The translations under genes and the position numbers were made by a program. A model generated the notes under the pieces. It ran no database searches. It saw only the letters and a list, made by a program, of their open reading frames with translations, and was not told where the DNA came from. From positions 32,850,773-32,914,772 of the forward strand of contig OZ037766.1 in NCBI GenBank assembly GCA_964035545.1: DNA of 64,000 nt. The letters are read 5' to 3'. Positions within the stretch are counted from its first letter, which is position 1, and every line of letters begins with the position of its first letter. Below, piece after piece: positions 28,462 through 42,100 of this stretch. The stretch is from Bugula neritina. Taxonomy: Eukaryota > Animalia > Bryozoa.

Positions 28462-30781
28462 GTGGTAAACAGCCCAGTTATCCAGGAAAAATACTTGTTA
28501 GGATTATATCAAGGCAGCTTTCTTGAATGCAATGGCTTTCTCAATAGTTCTGTACATCAGTGTTGACACTCGAGTACATCTGCACTCTTCAAGGATGATT
28601 CTCTACTGTTGAAGGAGGGTGTTCTTCATGTGATTGTTTACCTTGTGGGAAAGGCACTAACTATCAGATTTACACTACAGTATGTCCTTCTAATACAATA
28701 CTGTATACAAGTATACAGGTATACTTCTGTATTCCCTCTGATATAATACTCTGTATACAAAGTATACTATTATATGCCTGTAGTTCCTTCTACTGGGTGG
28801 AGAACAGGAAATACCTGTCACAGTGTTGTGTTAGCCTTTGTGTCAGCTAATCATTGACAGCAGGCTAAGGGGCAGCATGTCTTCCCCTCCACACTCTGCT
28901 GTCAGCCAGCTAACCCTTATTGTCCTTCTGAGTTGAGGAAAAGAAAACCTTCTTTGTTTAGTTTTCTCCATGAAAGAGCTGTAGTCAGGGTGTCATTAGA
29001 TAAAATTGTCAGATTTGTAGTTCTATTTGCCTTTATTTCTAAATTGAAGTTCTAGTTTACTGAAATATGATATACACCCTCTGTTTCACTACCTCTCTTG
29101 TAATCTATGAATATGAGGAGATAGTAGGGAAGGAGTTGAATGTTATGACTTGAGAATTTATCAAATATTGCATCATGAGTTTGTAAGCGGATAATGAAAT
29201 CCTTGTCTATCACTGATTTCACTCTAACCCCCCTCCCTCCCTTCCGCCAGGTAACTAGGTGTTGAACCATAAGGGCACATCTACCTTAATATACTAGAAG
29301 GCTGCTTGCAACTATCAGAATAAGGTGTTGAGTTAATTTAAGTAGTACTTGTTTAGGACAGTATAGTGGTTAGAATCTGATGTCATAATATTCTTACTAT
29401 TTACTTGTTATACACTAGAATATAATATGATATATACTAGTTGACAGTATATTATCATAGTATTGCTGTATTGCAGGTGATAGGAGTGTGTGTGCTGGCC
29501 GTAGGAATAGCCGTTCAAGTACAACTCAAGAACTACTTGGAGCTCACTCAACTCTACTATGAGAACACTGCCTACATTATGATAGCCATTGGTGTGCTGA
29601 TTCTGCTGGTAGCTCTGGCTGGGTTCTACTGTACAGCTAAGGATAAGATTGCCCTGCTCTACATGGTGTGTATCTACACTGTTCGCTTCTACACTGTCCC
29701 CTCTACACTCCCCCCTCTTCTACACTGTCCCCCTCTACACTATCCCCCTCTACACTACCTTCTACACTCCCCCTCTACACTACCCCTCTACACACCCCCT
29801 TCTACACTCTCCCCTCTACACTACCCCTCTACACTACCCCTCTACACTCCCCTCTACACTACTCCCCTCTATGTCGCCCCCCCCCCTTCTATCCCACTTT
29901 ACTAATACTCTACACAGCTACTCTCCTTGTAAGACCCCTTCTGCATTACAGAATTCATTCCACTCCTAGTTTCCACACTACTCAACAATGCTACACTTTG
30001 ATTTACCTCAACAGCCTAACATAGATTTGCTGTTCATTGTTACCTGGGATTAATCCTGTCACTGCACACAATGCACAAGTAGCAACTGTATAGTGTGTTA
30101 TTATTTTCAGTATGGAGTTTTCATCTCTCTCTTGGCTATTGTACAAATAGGAGCTGGCATAGCAGGAGGAGCTAAATCCCAATCTCTTGATGACAAAGTC
30201 ACAGAGGGTATGCTATATATTGTATAGTGTATGTACATGATATCCTGTATGTTATATATTGTATAGTGTGTTATGTTATATACTCTGTAGTGTTTTATAC
30301 TGTGGGTAGGATAAATACTGTATATTATATACTATGTGTTGTACTATATATGTATGGGTTGTAGGCCTATCCAAAACCATTCACGACCCCAGTCTACGTA
30401 AATACTGGGACGACGTGCAGCAAAAGGTAAACATTCAGCCTTTCATGTTGCCTGCTGTGATTAGATATTATGAAGATATATTAGAGTTTTCTTCTCCTAT
30501 TTGACTCAATCTGCACCCTTTTCTTGTAGCTCCATTGCTGTGGAGTGGAAACACCTAAAGATTGGGGGAATTCGTTACCCAGTTCCTGCTACCCTAATAA
30601 TGTTGTACCCCCTTCACCCCCTGCCCCTAGCAACACCACTGCTTCACCCGCCAACACCACTACTACATCTACCACAACAACTGAAGATACTAATACTACT
30701 ACTACTTCCACTACCACAACTACTGCGCCTACTACTAGTAATATTACTAGTAATACTACCACTGCTACCAATGCCACCACC

Positions 30782-30815
<34 letters not shown>

Positions 30816-30887
30816 ACTCTACTACTCCTACTACTACTCCTACTAGTAATAACTCTACTGCTCCTACTAGTAATAACTCTACTGCTC

Positions 30888-30921
<34 letters not shown>

Positions 30922-31654
30922 TACCCCTACTACAACTACTCCAAAAAGTGGAGGAAGAAAGAAAAGGAACGCCAACAATGTTTACGACACTGTAAGTATA
31001 AAAATGCCAATTTTTCAATTTTCTGAAATTATTTGACCCAGTCTTATACTATATACTGTATAGTATACTGTGTATTATTATACTGTATAGTATACTGTGT
31101 ATATTATTATACTGTATAGTATACTGTATATTATTATACTGTATAGTATACCAGTGTATATTATTATACGGTATAGTATACTGTTGTATATTATTATACT
31201 GTATAGTATACTAGTGTATATTATTATACTGTATCGTATACTAGTGTATATTATTATACTGTATAGTATACTGTGTATTATTATACTGTATCGTATACTA
31301 GTGTATATTATTATACTGTATAGTATACTATTGTATATTATTATACTGTATATTATACTGTGTATTAATATACTGTATAGTATACTGTACATCATACAGT
31401 ATAACTAATGTCTCTCTACACTTGCAGGGATGTCATAAGAAAATCAAAAGTGAAATTCAACAATACCTGTCAGTCATAGTGGGAGTGTGTGTGGGCTTTG
31501 TGGTGCTGCAGGTAGGTTGGTGATTGGTCAGTAGTAGTGGTAGTAGTAGTACTAGTGGTAGTAGTAGTACTAGTGGTAGTAGTAGTATTAGTAGTAGTAG
31601 TAGTAGTAGTAGTACTAGTAGTAGTAGCAGTAGTACTAGTGGTAGTAGTAGTAT

Positions 31655-31720
<66 letters not shown>

Positions 31721-32196
31721 TAGTAGTAGTAGTACTAGTAGTAGTAGTGGTAGTAGTAGTAGTACTAGTATTAGTAGTAGTAGTGGTAGTAGTAGTAGTG
31801 GTAGTAGTAGTGGAAGTAGTAGTAGTATTGATAGTATGTAGTCTTACTAGTAACTAATATGTAGTCTACTACTACCTACTAGTCACTGGTATGTAGTACT
31901 ATTGACTAGTAGTCCTAGTACGCACTAGCTACTTTGACACTGTCAACCTCACAATAAACTGTAATTGGTTACTCGAAATGTGTCTTTTTAAGCCCCAAAT
32001 TCTTGGGAATTGTGGGTCAATGTGAACTGACCACTCACAAATAGCATTCAGTGTTGTAAAGACAACTCCTGCCCCTATATTTGAGGAGACAACTTCAACC
32101 CGCACATGTGTGTTGATATTGCAGGTGTTGGGAGCAGTGCTAGCTTGTTGCCTTGCCCGAAGGACTAGTAGAAACAACTACGAGCAAATCTATTAG
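24249..32196 (+). CDS. Tetraspanin (CD63/Tspan7-like) with mucin-like insert in the large extracellular loop; 7 coding exons
   Basis: Exons 24249-24338 (CIKILLHIFNFLY), 29477-29665, 30111-30207, 30365-30427 (WDDVQQK), 30530-30991 (LHCCGV...DW...PSSCY + Thr-rich tract + RKKR), 31428-31511 (GCHKKI + TM4) and 32125-32196 (LACCLARR...YEQIY*). CCG motif, four TM helices, C-terminal YxxPhi. Confidence 0.92.
25862..26022. repeat. 19-bp tandem repeat
   Basis: CA(G/C)TGACTGTATA(G/C)TGG(T/C)A, ~8 copies. Confidence 0.9.
27022..27762. mobile_element. MITE / non-autonomous DNA transposon with ~45-bp terminal inverted repeats
   Basis: Left GCTTTCCATGTACCGATCTCGGATCGATCTT...; right ...AAGATCGATCTGAGATCGGTACATGGAAAGC. 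Subterminal AGATCGATCT repeats and an AT-rich non-coding interior. Confidence 0.85.
28404..28457. repeat. (CTG)n trinucleotide microsatellite, ~18 units
   Basis: Pure GCT/CTG run in tetraspanin intron 1. Confidence 0.95.
29688..29885. repeat. C-rich degenerate minisatellite (CTCTACACT-CCCC)
   Basis: Repeated CCCCTCTACACT variants just after tetraspanin exon 2. Confidence 0.85.
31045..31390. repeat. TATACTG-based minisatellite
   Basis: Repeats of TATTATACTGTATAGTATACT in tetraspanin intron 5. Confidence 0.9.
31530..31840. repeat. (TAG/AGT)n microsatellite
   Basis: Long GTA/TAG run in tetraspanin intron 6; source of the poly-S and poly-V ORFs. Confidence 0.95.
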
Positions 32197-32219
32197 CTTG
32201 GGGAATCTTCTTCAGCAAT

Positions 32220-32595
32220 ACACTTACTTACTGATACTTACACTTACACTTACTCTTACTTACTGATACTTAAACTTACTCTACTGATACTTACACTTAC
32301 TTACTGCTACTTACACTTACTCTACTGATACTTACACCTACTTACTTATTGATACTTACACTTACTTACTGCTACTTACACTTACTCCTACTTACTGATA
32401 CTTACACTTACTCTTACTTACTGATACTTACACTTACTCTTACTTACTGATACTTAAACTTACTTACTGATACTTACACTTACTTACTGCTACTTACACT
32501 TACTCTACTGATACTTACACCTACTTACTTATTGATACTTACACTTACTTACTGCTACTTACACTTACTTAATGCTACTTACACTTACTTAATGC
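32220..32595. repeat. CTTACA/CTTACT low-complexity repeat in the tetraspanin 3' region
   Basis: Repeated TACTTACACTTAC variants. Confidence 0.85.
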
Positions 32596-33986
32596 AATGT
32601 ACAACAAACATTTACCTTTGATATAACAGCAAGCAATATTCCAACTTCTACACACGTGGCTTAGTGCCACCATGCACCAAGTGCTTAACTTACTACTGTT
32701 AGTCATACTTATCTACTTTCAAGTGCTATATTCTCCTATTTATCTTTCTTTGTGTTCATCCTATAATAATTCATTCCAGTCTGTATACATGTGCACTCTG
32801 TTGTACCTGTCTGTACAAGTCACTGACTGTACAGGTCACTGACTAGAGAGCTCATTGCCTAAACAAGTCACGGCTGGCTTTTTTCTTTCTCTTCTCTGAA
32901 GCAATAACTGTACTTCTATTTTTATATATTTTCCTTGTGATTGTGTTGTTACTGTAGTATCTCAATAAAGTGTAACCAAGTTGTGTCAACAGCATCTAGT
33001 CTTGTACTCCTGCTGCAGTCACTTGCACTTGTAGCAGCTTCCATCATGTAGTGGATGCTCTGTAAATCAGCTCTACTTATCCATTGACAAGTTTTACCTG
33101 TTAGTACTTTCCTATGTGGGCATCCAATGATCAGTAGATGATAAATTACTAAATTGTAAATGATTGTTGCATAGCCGAGTGTATTCAAATATAGGACTAA
33201 CGTCTCTGGGGGTGTTTCACTACATCCCTTACTTAGAGTTCACCAAAGCCGCAACAGCATATAATACAATGGAGGAATGCTTGAACTAAATTTTACACTG
33301 CTACATTACAGTTTTGTGAATATGTATTGGTAATTGGAAATGAAAACACATTGGAGTTCCAAAAATGAGATGTGTATATTTTACATTGATCACATAATAC
33401 GTTATTATATTAAGTAATATATTGAAAGCAAGTATTTTTATATTAATAAACTCGGCATACTATTGGCCTCTCAAAAATATAGATATAATATGATTTAAGG
33501 GATGTATAAGTAGAGAGGATTGTCTAACAGATAGAGTATAATAATAATAGAACTTGGTCTAACACAGACTTAACTCTACAGTTCATATCTGACCTATATA
33601 CAGCTATTTAATCACAGCTTGACCTATATACAGCTTAGATAAAATCAAATACATTACAAACTGAGGTGCACACTACACTATAGATTAACTCATTGATTAT
33701 GAAGAGATCATTGTGATGGTGAAACATAAATTGATAAATAAAATATCTGTGGAATGTAGAAAATTTGTGAGCTAAAATTTTGCTCAACTGTAAATTAGTA
33801 AATACAGACATGTCTCTAAAACACACCTCATGCACAAGTCTGGCTTTGCTCAAAAACAGAAAGTATACTGCTTCAGCTGAAACGAATAGCTGTTGATATG
33901 TTTACATCTGAGCAAGCAGGGGGAGGGTGTGAAACATTGCAGTGGTGGATAGTTTGGTAACTTAAGGGGGCACCATAATGCTGGAG

Positions 33987-34377
33987 TGGTGGATAGTTTG
34001 GGGGAGAGATTAGACACAATGCTGAGGTAATACGATAGAATGCCAGTCATCAGGGTAATGTACAAGTGGTGGATAGTTTGGGGGAGAGATTAGACACAAT
34101 GCTGAGGTAATACAATAGAATGCCAGTCATTAGGGTAATGTACAAGTGGTGGATAGTTTGGGAGAGAGATTAGACACAATGCTGAGGTAATACAATAGAA
34201 TGCCAGTCATCAGGGTAATGTACAAGTGGTGGATAGTTTGGGGGAGAAATTAGACACAATGCTGAGGTAATACAATAGAATGCCAGTCATCAGGGTAATG
34301 TACAAGTGGTGGATAGTTTGGGGGAGAGATTAGACACAATGCTGAGGTAATACAATAGAATGCCAGTCATCAGGGTA
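33987..34377. repeat. 80-bp tandem repeat x5 containing the last codons and stop of the LicD gene
   Basis: GCTGAGGTAA recurs at 34021, 34101, 34181, 34261 and 34341. Confidence 0.95.
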
Positions 34378-36317
34378 CACGTGCATCTGCATTTCCACTC
34401 CTTCACGGGGGACAGGAAACAGAACTTCATTCAGTTTATCCGACGGTAAAGGGCGAGTGATGAGTCGGGACGGAAACGACTCAATCTTACAGAATCGGCT
34501 GACGTAAGGCCCAGTCCAGCCTAAAGAGTATATATTATACCATAGTACACTATCTAGTAGTAACCAAAGACTGTATATAGCCTAATACCATGGTACACTG
34601 TCCAGTAGTAACCAAATACTGTATATAATACAGTTATCTAGGTTGTGGTGAAAAATTAAAAAATAAACAACAAAAACATAAATTTTATTCTGAAAATAAT
34701 CTTTTTACTTGAAATTAAGATTGTTAAAAAGTAACGTACTGTTATGTCAAATAATAAACTCTTTTTGTAAATGAAAATGCAAAACAATCAAAATAAAAAA
34801 CTACTTTATACCACTTATCACTCAGACACACTGAAAAGGAAGACAACTCTAATGATAGACTGAGCAGGTAGTAATAGACTAAGCAGGTAGTAATAGACTG
34901 AGCAGGTAGTAATAGACTGAGCAGGTAGTAATAGACTGAGCAGGTAGTAATAGACTGAGCAGGTAGTAATAGACTGAGCAGGTAGTAATAGACTGAGCAG
35001 GTAGTAATAGACTGAGCAGGTAGTAATTCACACCAACCAACCAGAGAGTTGGACCAGAGTATCCACTGTGTTATCATCTGCCAGTTCTGTGAACTCATAC
35101 AGTGTAATCTCTACAATAGCTTCAGCTCTCCACACACGCAGAGAGGTGTAAGTTGGGGTGTATCTGATACCTTCCCCAACAGCGGCTACAACTACAATAT
35201 CCACTGCGGAACTTAATATGTCTATATTTACAGCAGAGTATCCAGGAAGAGTGAAATAATTCAATACTATAAATTAGATTTCAGGTTATATTGAATTTTA
35301 ATGTAAGTAGATTCAAAATCCCAAAGGAATTTTACAGAGCATAGACTAAGTGCCACAGACAATATGAGACAAGTATATAGAGTAGCTGACATAAATAAGG
35401 TCAGGTTCTAAGACTAAATCCCTTACTGAACATCATGAGCAACTATTACACCTTCCAACACTTGATTGAAAAAGATTGCAAAACATTTGAGTGGACTTAC
35501 TATGAGCAAGAGCATTCTGGGATACATTGACTACACACAGATCTCCGTCTATGTCGTAGTCCAGCAGTGAATTTCCTCTCAGTACCCCCCACAACGTGCC
35601 GTAACACAGCCAATGGAGAGTATCAGATTTATTCAGTGCGGAGCTGAGGTCTTTGAGCAAGGCTAATCTCTGCTTCATCTGAGAGGCATCAGCCCGGCAG
35701 CGACTGTCGGCAGCTTGTGTCATGTACCATTTCTCTCTGAAGAGAGACAACAGATCTGTCACCACTCCAGCACTAGCATGTGACATCAGCATATTCAACA
35801 GAGAGTTATCTCCTCTCTATAGGTAGAGCACAGGAGAGCACAACTACCCAGAGCTTATATTGCTGAAACTATCTATTCCATTACTACATTCTATTTAATA
35901 CACAAATAACATGAGCATAATAAAAGTCGAGGAGAATTTTCCCTCAAACTAATAAAGGACTAAACTACACACAGTAACTAATAGTAACTAACAGCAGCTA
36001 ACGGTAACTAAAAGTAACTGACAGTAACTAAAAGTAACTGACAGTAACTAACAGTAACTAACAGTAACTGATAGTAACTAACAGTAGCTAACGGCTAAGA
36101 GTTCCCAGTGGCAGTAGGAAAGCTGGGACTACATGAAGCAACAACTTACTAACCGATGGAGGCACACACTTTCAGCCAACTCTCTCTGCTGATGAACATG
36201 ACTGAATAGAGCTCTGCAAGTCAACGCGGCAGCTGATAGTACAAACACAGTAAACACCACGGCCAGCAGCGTTCTGCATGAAAGTGAAGAATGACCTCTT
36301 GGAGAGGTGAGACTCAT
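34330..36317 (-). CDS. LicD/fukutin-family (nucleotidyltransferase-fold) type II membrane protein; 4 coding exons
   Basis: Exons 36317-36150 (TM anchor LLAVVFTVFVLSAAAL), 35816-35501 (WLCYGTLWGVLRGNSLLDYDIDGDLC = GTLxGxxR...DxDxD), ~35185-35042 and 34520-34330 (FPSRLITRPLP...PVPREGVEMQMHVYPDDW...C). Confidence 0.85.
34855..35025. repeat. 19-bp intronic minisatellite
   Basis: GTAATAGACTGAGCAGGTA, ~9 copies. Confidence 0.9.
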
Positions 36318-37230
36318 GACTCATCAGGTGAAACTCTCAGTTAGATTAGTCATCTTATCCCTTCTGATCTCCAATGACACTACAGCGAATTATATACCAC
36401 AGTACCCATCTTGCTACTTCCGGCTTCTGTAGAAACTTAGACTATTCTGACTGAAAGCTGCAACAAGCCTATCAGTAGCTTACTAGCACATAAACAATCG
36501 AAATCACACTGACAGAAAATAAAAGTATGAGAATTGCAGTTTGACAACTCTACATAGTAGAGTTTATAAGCTTTTCTAGCAATTCATTCAACAAATCAAC
36601 TCATACCATTTTAGCCACATGGTATAACCAAAAAATACTCCACATATTTCATACTCAGTTTCTTAAAACACCCATATATTTGTCTATTTTTTTAAACATT
36701 CAGATAAATTTGCTCTGCTAGTGCTAGAATAATTAAATGGTGTTTTATTAACATATTTAGACATTATGATCAACTATAAAATTCCAACGCTCCTGAAAAG
36801 ATTTATAGCCATTGTAATCAATGAATTTTAATAACTAGTATTCCTGTAGACCTTTTCAATCATTTATAATTATTGATTTATAACTAGAACTATAATTACT
36901 ATTACTATTAGTACAACAAACACATGCATACAGTAATACTAATACTAATACTAATAGTAATAGTATAAGTATTGCTATTAAAATTACTGTATTAATATTA
37001 GTATTACTATTAGACTAATACTCTTAGTATTACTATTAATAATAAAATAAGTATAAGTATTCCTATTAGTATTAATTTATTACACTTACTCTTAGTTACA
37101 CTTTGACTTATGCTTATACTAGTTATACTTATACTTATAGTTTAAGTTATAAGTTATAACATTAACGCATAGACTAAGACTATAGTGATAGTCATTATGA
37201 TTAAAGCTTAAACTGAGTGATTAAAAATCA

Positions 37231-37340
37231 ATCAATTGGTGGCCAATCCGTATGACCACTGAAACATAATAAGTTTTAATTCAGTGGGTACGACTCATTA
37301 GTCATTACAGGTATGAGTATGACCAGCCCCGCCCCACCAA
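37231..37340. promoter_or_regulatory. Candidate shared promoter (CCAAT boxes + GC box) between divergent LicD and YEATS4 genes
   Basis: ATTGG/CCAAT at ~37235-37247 and CCCCGCCCC at 37327 in otherwise very AT-rich DNA. Confidence 0.35.
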
Positions 37341-39198
37341 CTTAATGCGACTTGCTCAGCCTCATGTTGCGACTTTGGTATTTTTACTACTTTTGTTACA
37401 GACTAAAAGCAAAGCAGTCACAAGTAATAAATCTATATTTAGTACATGTAAAATAAATATTCAACTTATAACCGGCAATCGACCGTATAAACTATTGACT
37501 ATAAAATTAAAAAATAATAATTAAAATATAATATTTTATTAGAAAATCATTCAGCGAAACCATTTATAATGCTTTTAAATGTTAAAGACCGAATTTAATT
37601 TCGTTGAACTCGTAGAAAATATAAGAGATATACGATAATACGATAATAGTGTTCAGCTAATGATTGTCCGACTTTATTGTAGAGTGACCGAAAGAGCAGT
37701 TTCCGGTACCAGAAATTGTTAAGGGTAGTTTATAATTTTTTCTTGCCTCTTGAAGCTGGTTTTTGGTCTTATTTGTGGTTTTGACGGTTGCACTCGGTTG
37801 TTTAGTTCTATGATATTTATATTGCAACATTATTAATTCATGGACTTTAATTGAAAAAATAAAGTGTGAACTTATGTATAATATATTATCAATTTATGAT
37901 TATCAGTATCATAATGATAATCAATAATCATAATCATAATCACTTTATCATAATGATAAAGTAACAGTGACAATGACACTAACAGCAACGGTAACACTAA
38001 TAGTAATTACTCTGTAAGTCAAAATATAATGGTAGCCCTTTAGCAGACATAATATTAATAATCATAACCTAAATCATGATGATGATAGAAATAATGAAGA
38101 AATTAAGAATTACCATAATGCCAATGGTAATACTCAGTGAGTGAGTGAGGAATAGTAATAGTAATAGTTATAGTAATGCTTATACTTATAGTTATACTTC
38201 CCTTAAAATATTAGTTGTAGTAATACTATTACTATTACTAATACTAATACTAATAGTAATACTAATGTAATAGTATTACTGATAGTAATACTAATAGTAA
38301 TAATAATCCTATTAAATTTAATTATTAATGACTAAATTATGTTAATTTTTTTATTTTAATATATAATTATATTTGAAAATTATGTTGAGTAAATGTAATG
38401 ACTAATGCATAAGTATAATGAGTAAGTCATTGCTAATGGTATGCTAACTGCAAGTATAATATGACATAATTATTGAATAGCAACAATGAAAGTTATACGA
38501 AATTGAACAATAAGTTTGACTGCAAATCACTAAATGAGTAAATGTAATAGTATACTGTTAAACTATAGGTATTATGATAGTATTGCTTATATTACCAATA
38601 GTAGTATAAGAGTTGGACCAAGACTATATTTGGTTGACAGTGTTTATAACTGTAAGTACATATATATTGGCTGAAATAAATTGTGGAAGAAACCCTCTAT
38701 TCTTCAGTAACTTAAAGTACTCTAGTAGCTTACACAGCAAACTAGTCATAGAGAGTGACGTGTGGGCTCTGAGTATGGTGGTGTTGTCACATTTCTATCA
38801 ATCGGAGAGCTCACTATGGCATCAATTGTAAAACTATGTGATTTGGTAGCTTTAGTATCACTAGTGGTTTTATTACTTTTCCTATTTAGACGTGATTTAT
38901 ATTAGCATTATTAAATTGGGATAAAAAAACTTTTCTTACCCTCTCTCTTTTTGGCTGATTTTAGTGATGCTGTATTTTAAATAATTTCAGAGTTTCTAAA
39001 AAATTCTTGCCATTAAAACCACTAAACCCCCCACAGTTGTCTATAAGTTAGTTGTATCAGAATAAATCCCAGAGATGTAGAATCAGAGGTTTGTAAGAAT
39101 AAACTGTTTGAATAATTCACCACATGGCTGTTATGGTTTCATACCGTGTTATATATGTAAACCAGATGGTGAATGGTTGTAGATTATGATTCCCTGAC

Positions 39199-42100
39199 AT
39201 GTCCAATATGGCCGTAGAGTTTGGACCCGATGGAGGAGGACGAATGAAGGTGGGAATGAAAGACAGTGTGCATTGTAGTGTTGCACTCAATCTGAAATTC
39301 TTTTCAAAGTATTTTTAAGAAATGTTTGTTTTAGTTATTTAGTTGAATGTACTTTTATTTGGCACTGTAGATGATATGTAGTGCTATATATTGGCCAGTA
39401 ATGGTCTAGTTAATAATAGCTGCAGTACTGAATACGTCCAAATTCTACACACATTAATGAATTTTGAAAGTACATTTTTGCACACTTCTCGATTATTTTA
39501 GATACACAACTCTTTGGTAGTGATTAGTTTGTTTTCTGTGAATAGCAGAGTTATGTCTAGTTTTCAATAAAAAATAAATTGAAATATATATTTGGTTTGA
39601 TTTTCTATCAGATAACTTATGTCAACTTACTGAGATTTTGCTAAGCTATGCAATGGCTGATCTATACTCATTAGTGGCCATGTTGATCAGTGTAGTAGTG
39701 GCCATGTTGGTCAGTGTAGTAGTGGCCATGTTGGTCAGTGCAGTAGTGGCCATGTTGATCAGTGCAGTAGTGGCCATGTTGGTCAGTGTAGTAGTGGCCA
39801 TGTTGGTCAGTGTAGTAGTGGCCATGTTGGTCAGTGCAGTAGTGGCCATGTTGATCAGTGTAGTAGTGGCCATGTTGGTCAGTGTAGTAGTGGCCATGTT
39901 GGTCAGTGTAGTAGTGGCCCTGTTGTTCAGTGTAGTAGTGGCCATGTTGTTCAGTGTAGTAGTGGCCATGTTGGTCAGTGTAGTAGTGGCCATGTTGGTC
40001 AGTGTAGTAGTGGCCATGTTGGTCAGTGTAGTAGTAGCCATTTTGATCAGTGTAGTAGTGGCCATGTTGTTCAGTGTAATAGTGGCCATGTTGGTCAGTG
40101 TAGTTGTGGCCATATTGGTCAGTGTAGTAGTGGGCATTGTCTAACTATAAAATGGCGTTAGCTGCTGAATAATATTTAGTTTTATTGCCTGCAGGGTGTG
40201 ACTGTTGTGAAGCCGATAGTGTATGGTAACATAGCTAAGCACTTTGGGAAGAAAAGGGAAGAGGATGGTCACACCCACCAAGTATGTGAGACTAAACAGT
40301 TTTGATTTAACTGGCCGAATATAACTAAACCATCTGGTTCTGGCTTCATCAGTCTATCTATTTTAGTCTGAGATTCAGCATTAGAATTTCTTTATCTAAA
40401 ACAATTATTTCAGTTGCTTTACCAAAAGTTTATTATATATTTCCTTAAATACTGCATTTGTTTCCTTAAATACTACATTTATATCCTTAAATACTACATT
40501 TATTTTAAGGTGGTTGTGTTCTCTTGCAGTGGACAGTCATTGTCAAGCCTTATAACAACGAAGACATGTCATCATTTGTTAAGAAAGTCATCTTTAAACT
40601 CCATGAAAGTTACACCAACCCAAACAGAGGTTCTGTATATTTTAGATGCAGCTAGTTTATGTAAATAATAAAACAATGAAATAGCACAAACAAATTATTA
40701 TGATGGAAAGCATTAAATATCCGTCTATAACTTTGAGTTTTGGTATCAGCCTGCAGAAGTTGCTAACTCCTCATACGTTGGTTCTCTTTTAAAGTTGTCA
40801 CTAAACCTCCATATGAAGTAACAGAAACAGGCTGGGGGGAGTTTGAAGTCGTTATCAAAATACATTTTCAAGATCCTAACGAAAGACCAGTAAGTAGATG
40901 CTTTGCTCCTGTCATCTTTGACACTTCTGACAACTTGCACTCATGTCATCCCTGACACTTCTGACACCTTGCACTCCTGTCATCTTTGACACTTCTGACA
41001 ACTTGTACCCCTGTCACCTCTGACACTTCTGACACCTTGTACCCCTGTCATCTTTGACACTTCTGACAACTTGTACCCCTGTCATCTTTGACACTTCTGA
41101 CAACTTGCACTCCTGTCATCTCTGACACTTCTGACACCTTGTACCCCTGTCATCTCTCACTCACCTGCTGTTACTAGGTAATATTATACTCTCATTCACC
41201 TGCTGTTACTTGTCAATATTATACTCTACTCACCTGCTGTTACTTGTCAATATTATACTCTCACTCACCTGCTGTTACTAGGTAATATTATACTCCTCAG
41301 GTCACCATATACTACCCCCTCAAGCTCTTCCACACCGATTCTACCGCTGTGCTCGGTAAGAAGCACCTAGTCAATGAGGTCTACGATGAACTGGTGTTCC
41401 ATGAGCCTTCAGCTATGATGCATCAATGTCTCACCAACACCAAACATCTCTCCTTAGCCGTTTATAAACACGAGATTGATTGTAAGTGGATACAACTCCG
41501 ATTCCTGTATGTAAACCGGACAAACTAAAATAACTTACATTTTGTTGAAGAGTTTCAAACAGTCGCTTAGGCTTTCACTTTTCCCCATTGCTTAGGTCAG
41601 GTTTTTCTACTGATTTTTAAAGTGAGTTGTGGAAACCTTAAGCTGCTGTTTATTGTGGAGACAATTCTGAACATCTTAAGGGATATGAAATATCCTTCAA
41701 AGTGATCAGTTCTATGACCAACTGCTGTTCAATCACCTGTACTATACTATATACTATACTATACTATATACTATACTATACTATATACTCTCTATACTAT
41801 ACTATATACTATACTATACTATACTATACTATATACTATACTATATACTATACTATATACTATACTATACTATATACTCTCTATACTATACTATATACTA
41901 TACTATATACTATACTATACTATATACTATACTATACTATATACTCTCTATACTATACTATATACTATACTATACTATATACTATACTATATACTATACT
42001 ATACTATATACTGTACTGTACTATATACTATACTATACTATATACTCTCTATACTATACTATATACTATACTATATACTATACTATATACTATACTATAT

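Noticed and set aside
31078-31857. Poly-Ser, poly-Val and YSII ORFs
   Set aside because: Simple repeats in tetraspanin introns.
39638-40144. 168/163-aa repetitive ORFs on both strands
   Set aside because: 24-bp minisatellite within YEATS4 intron 1.
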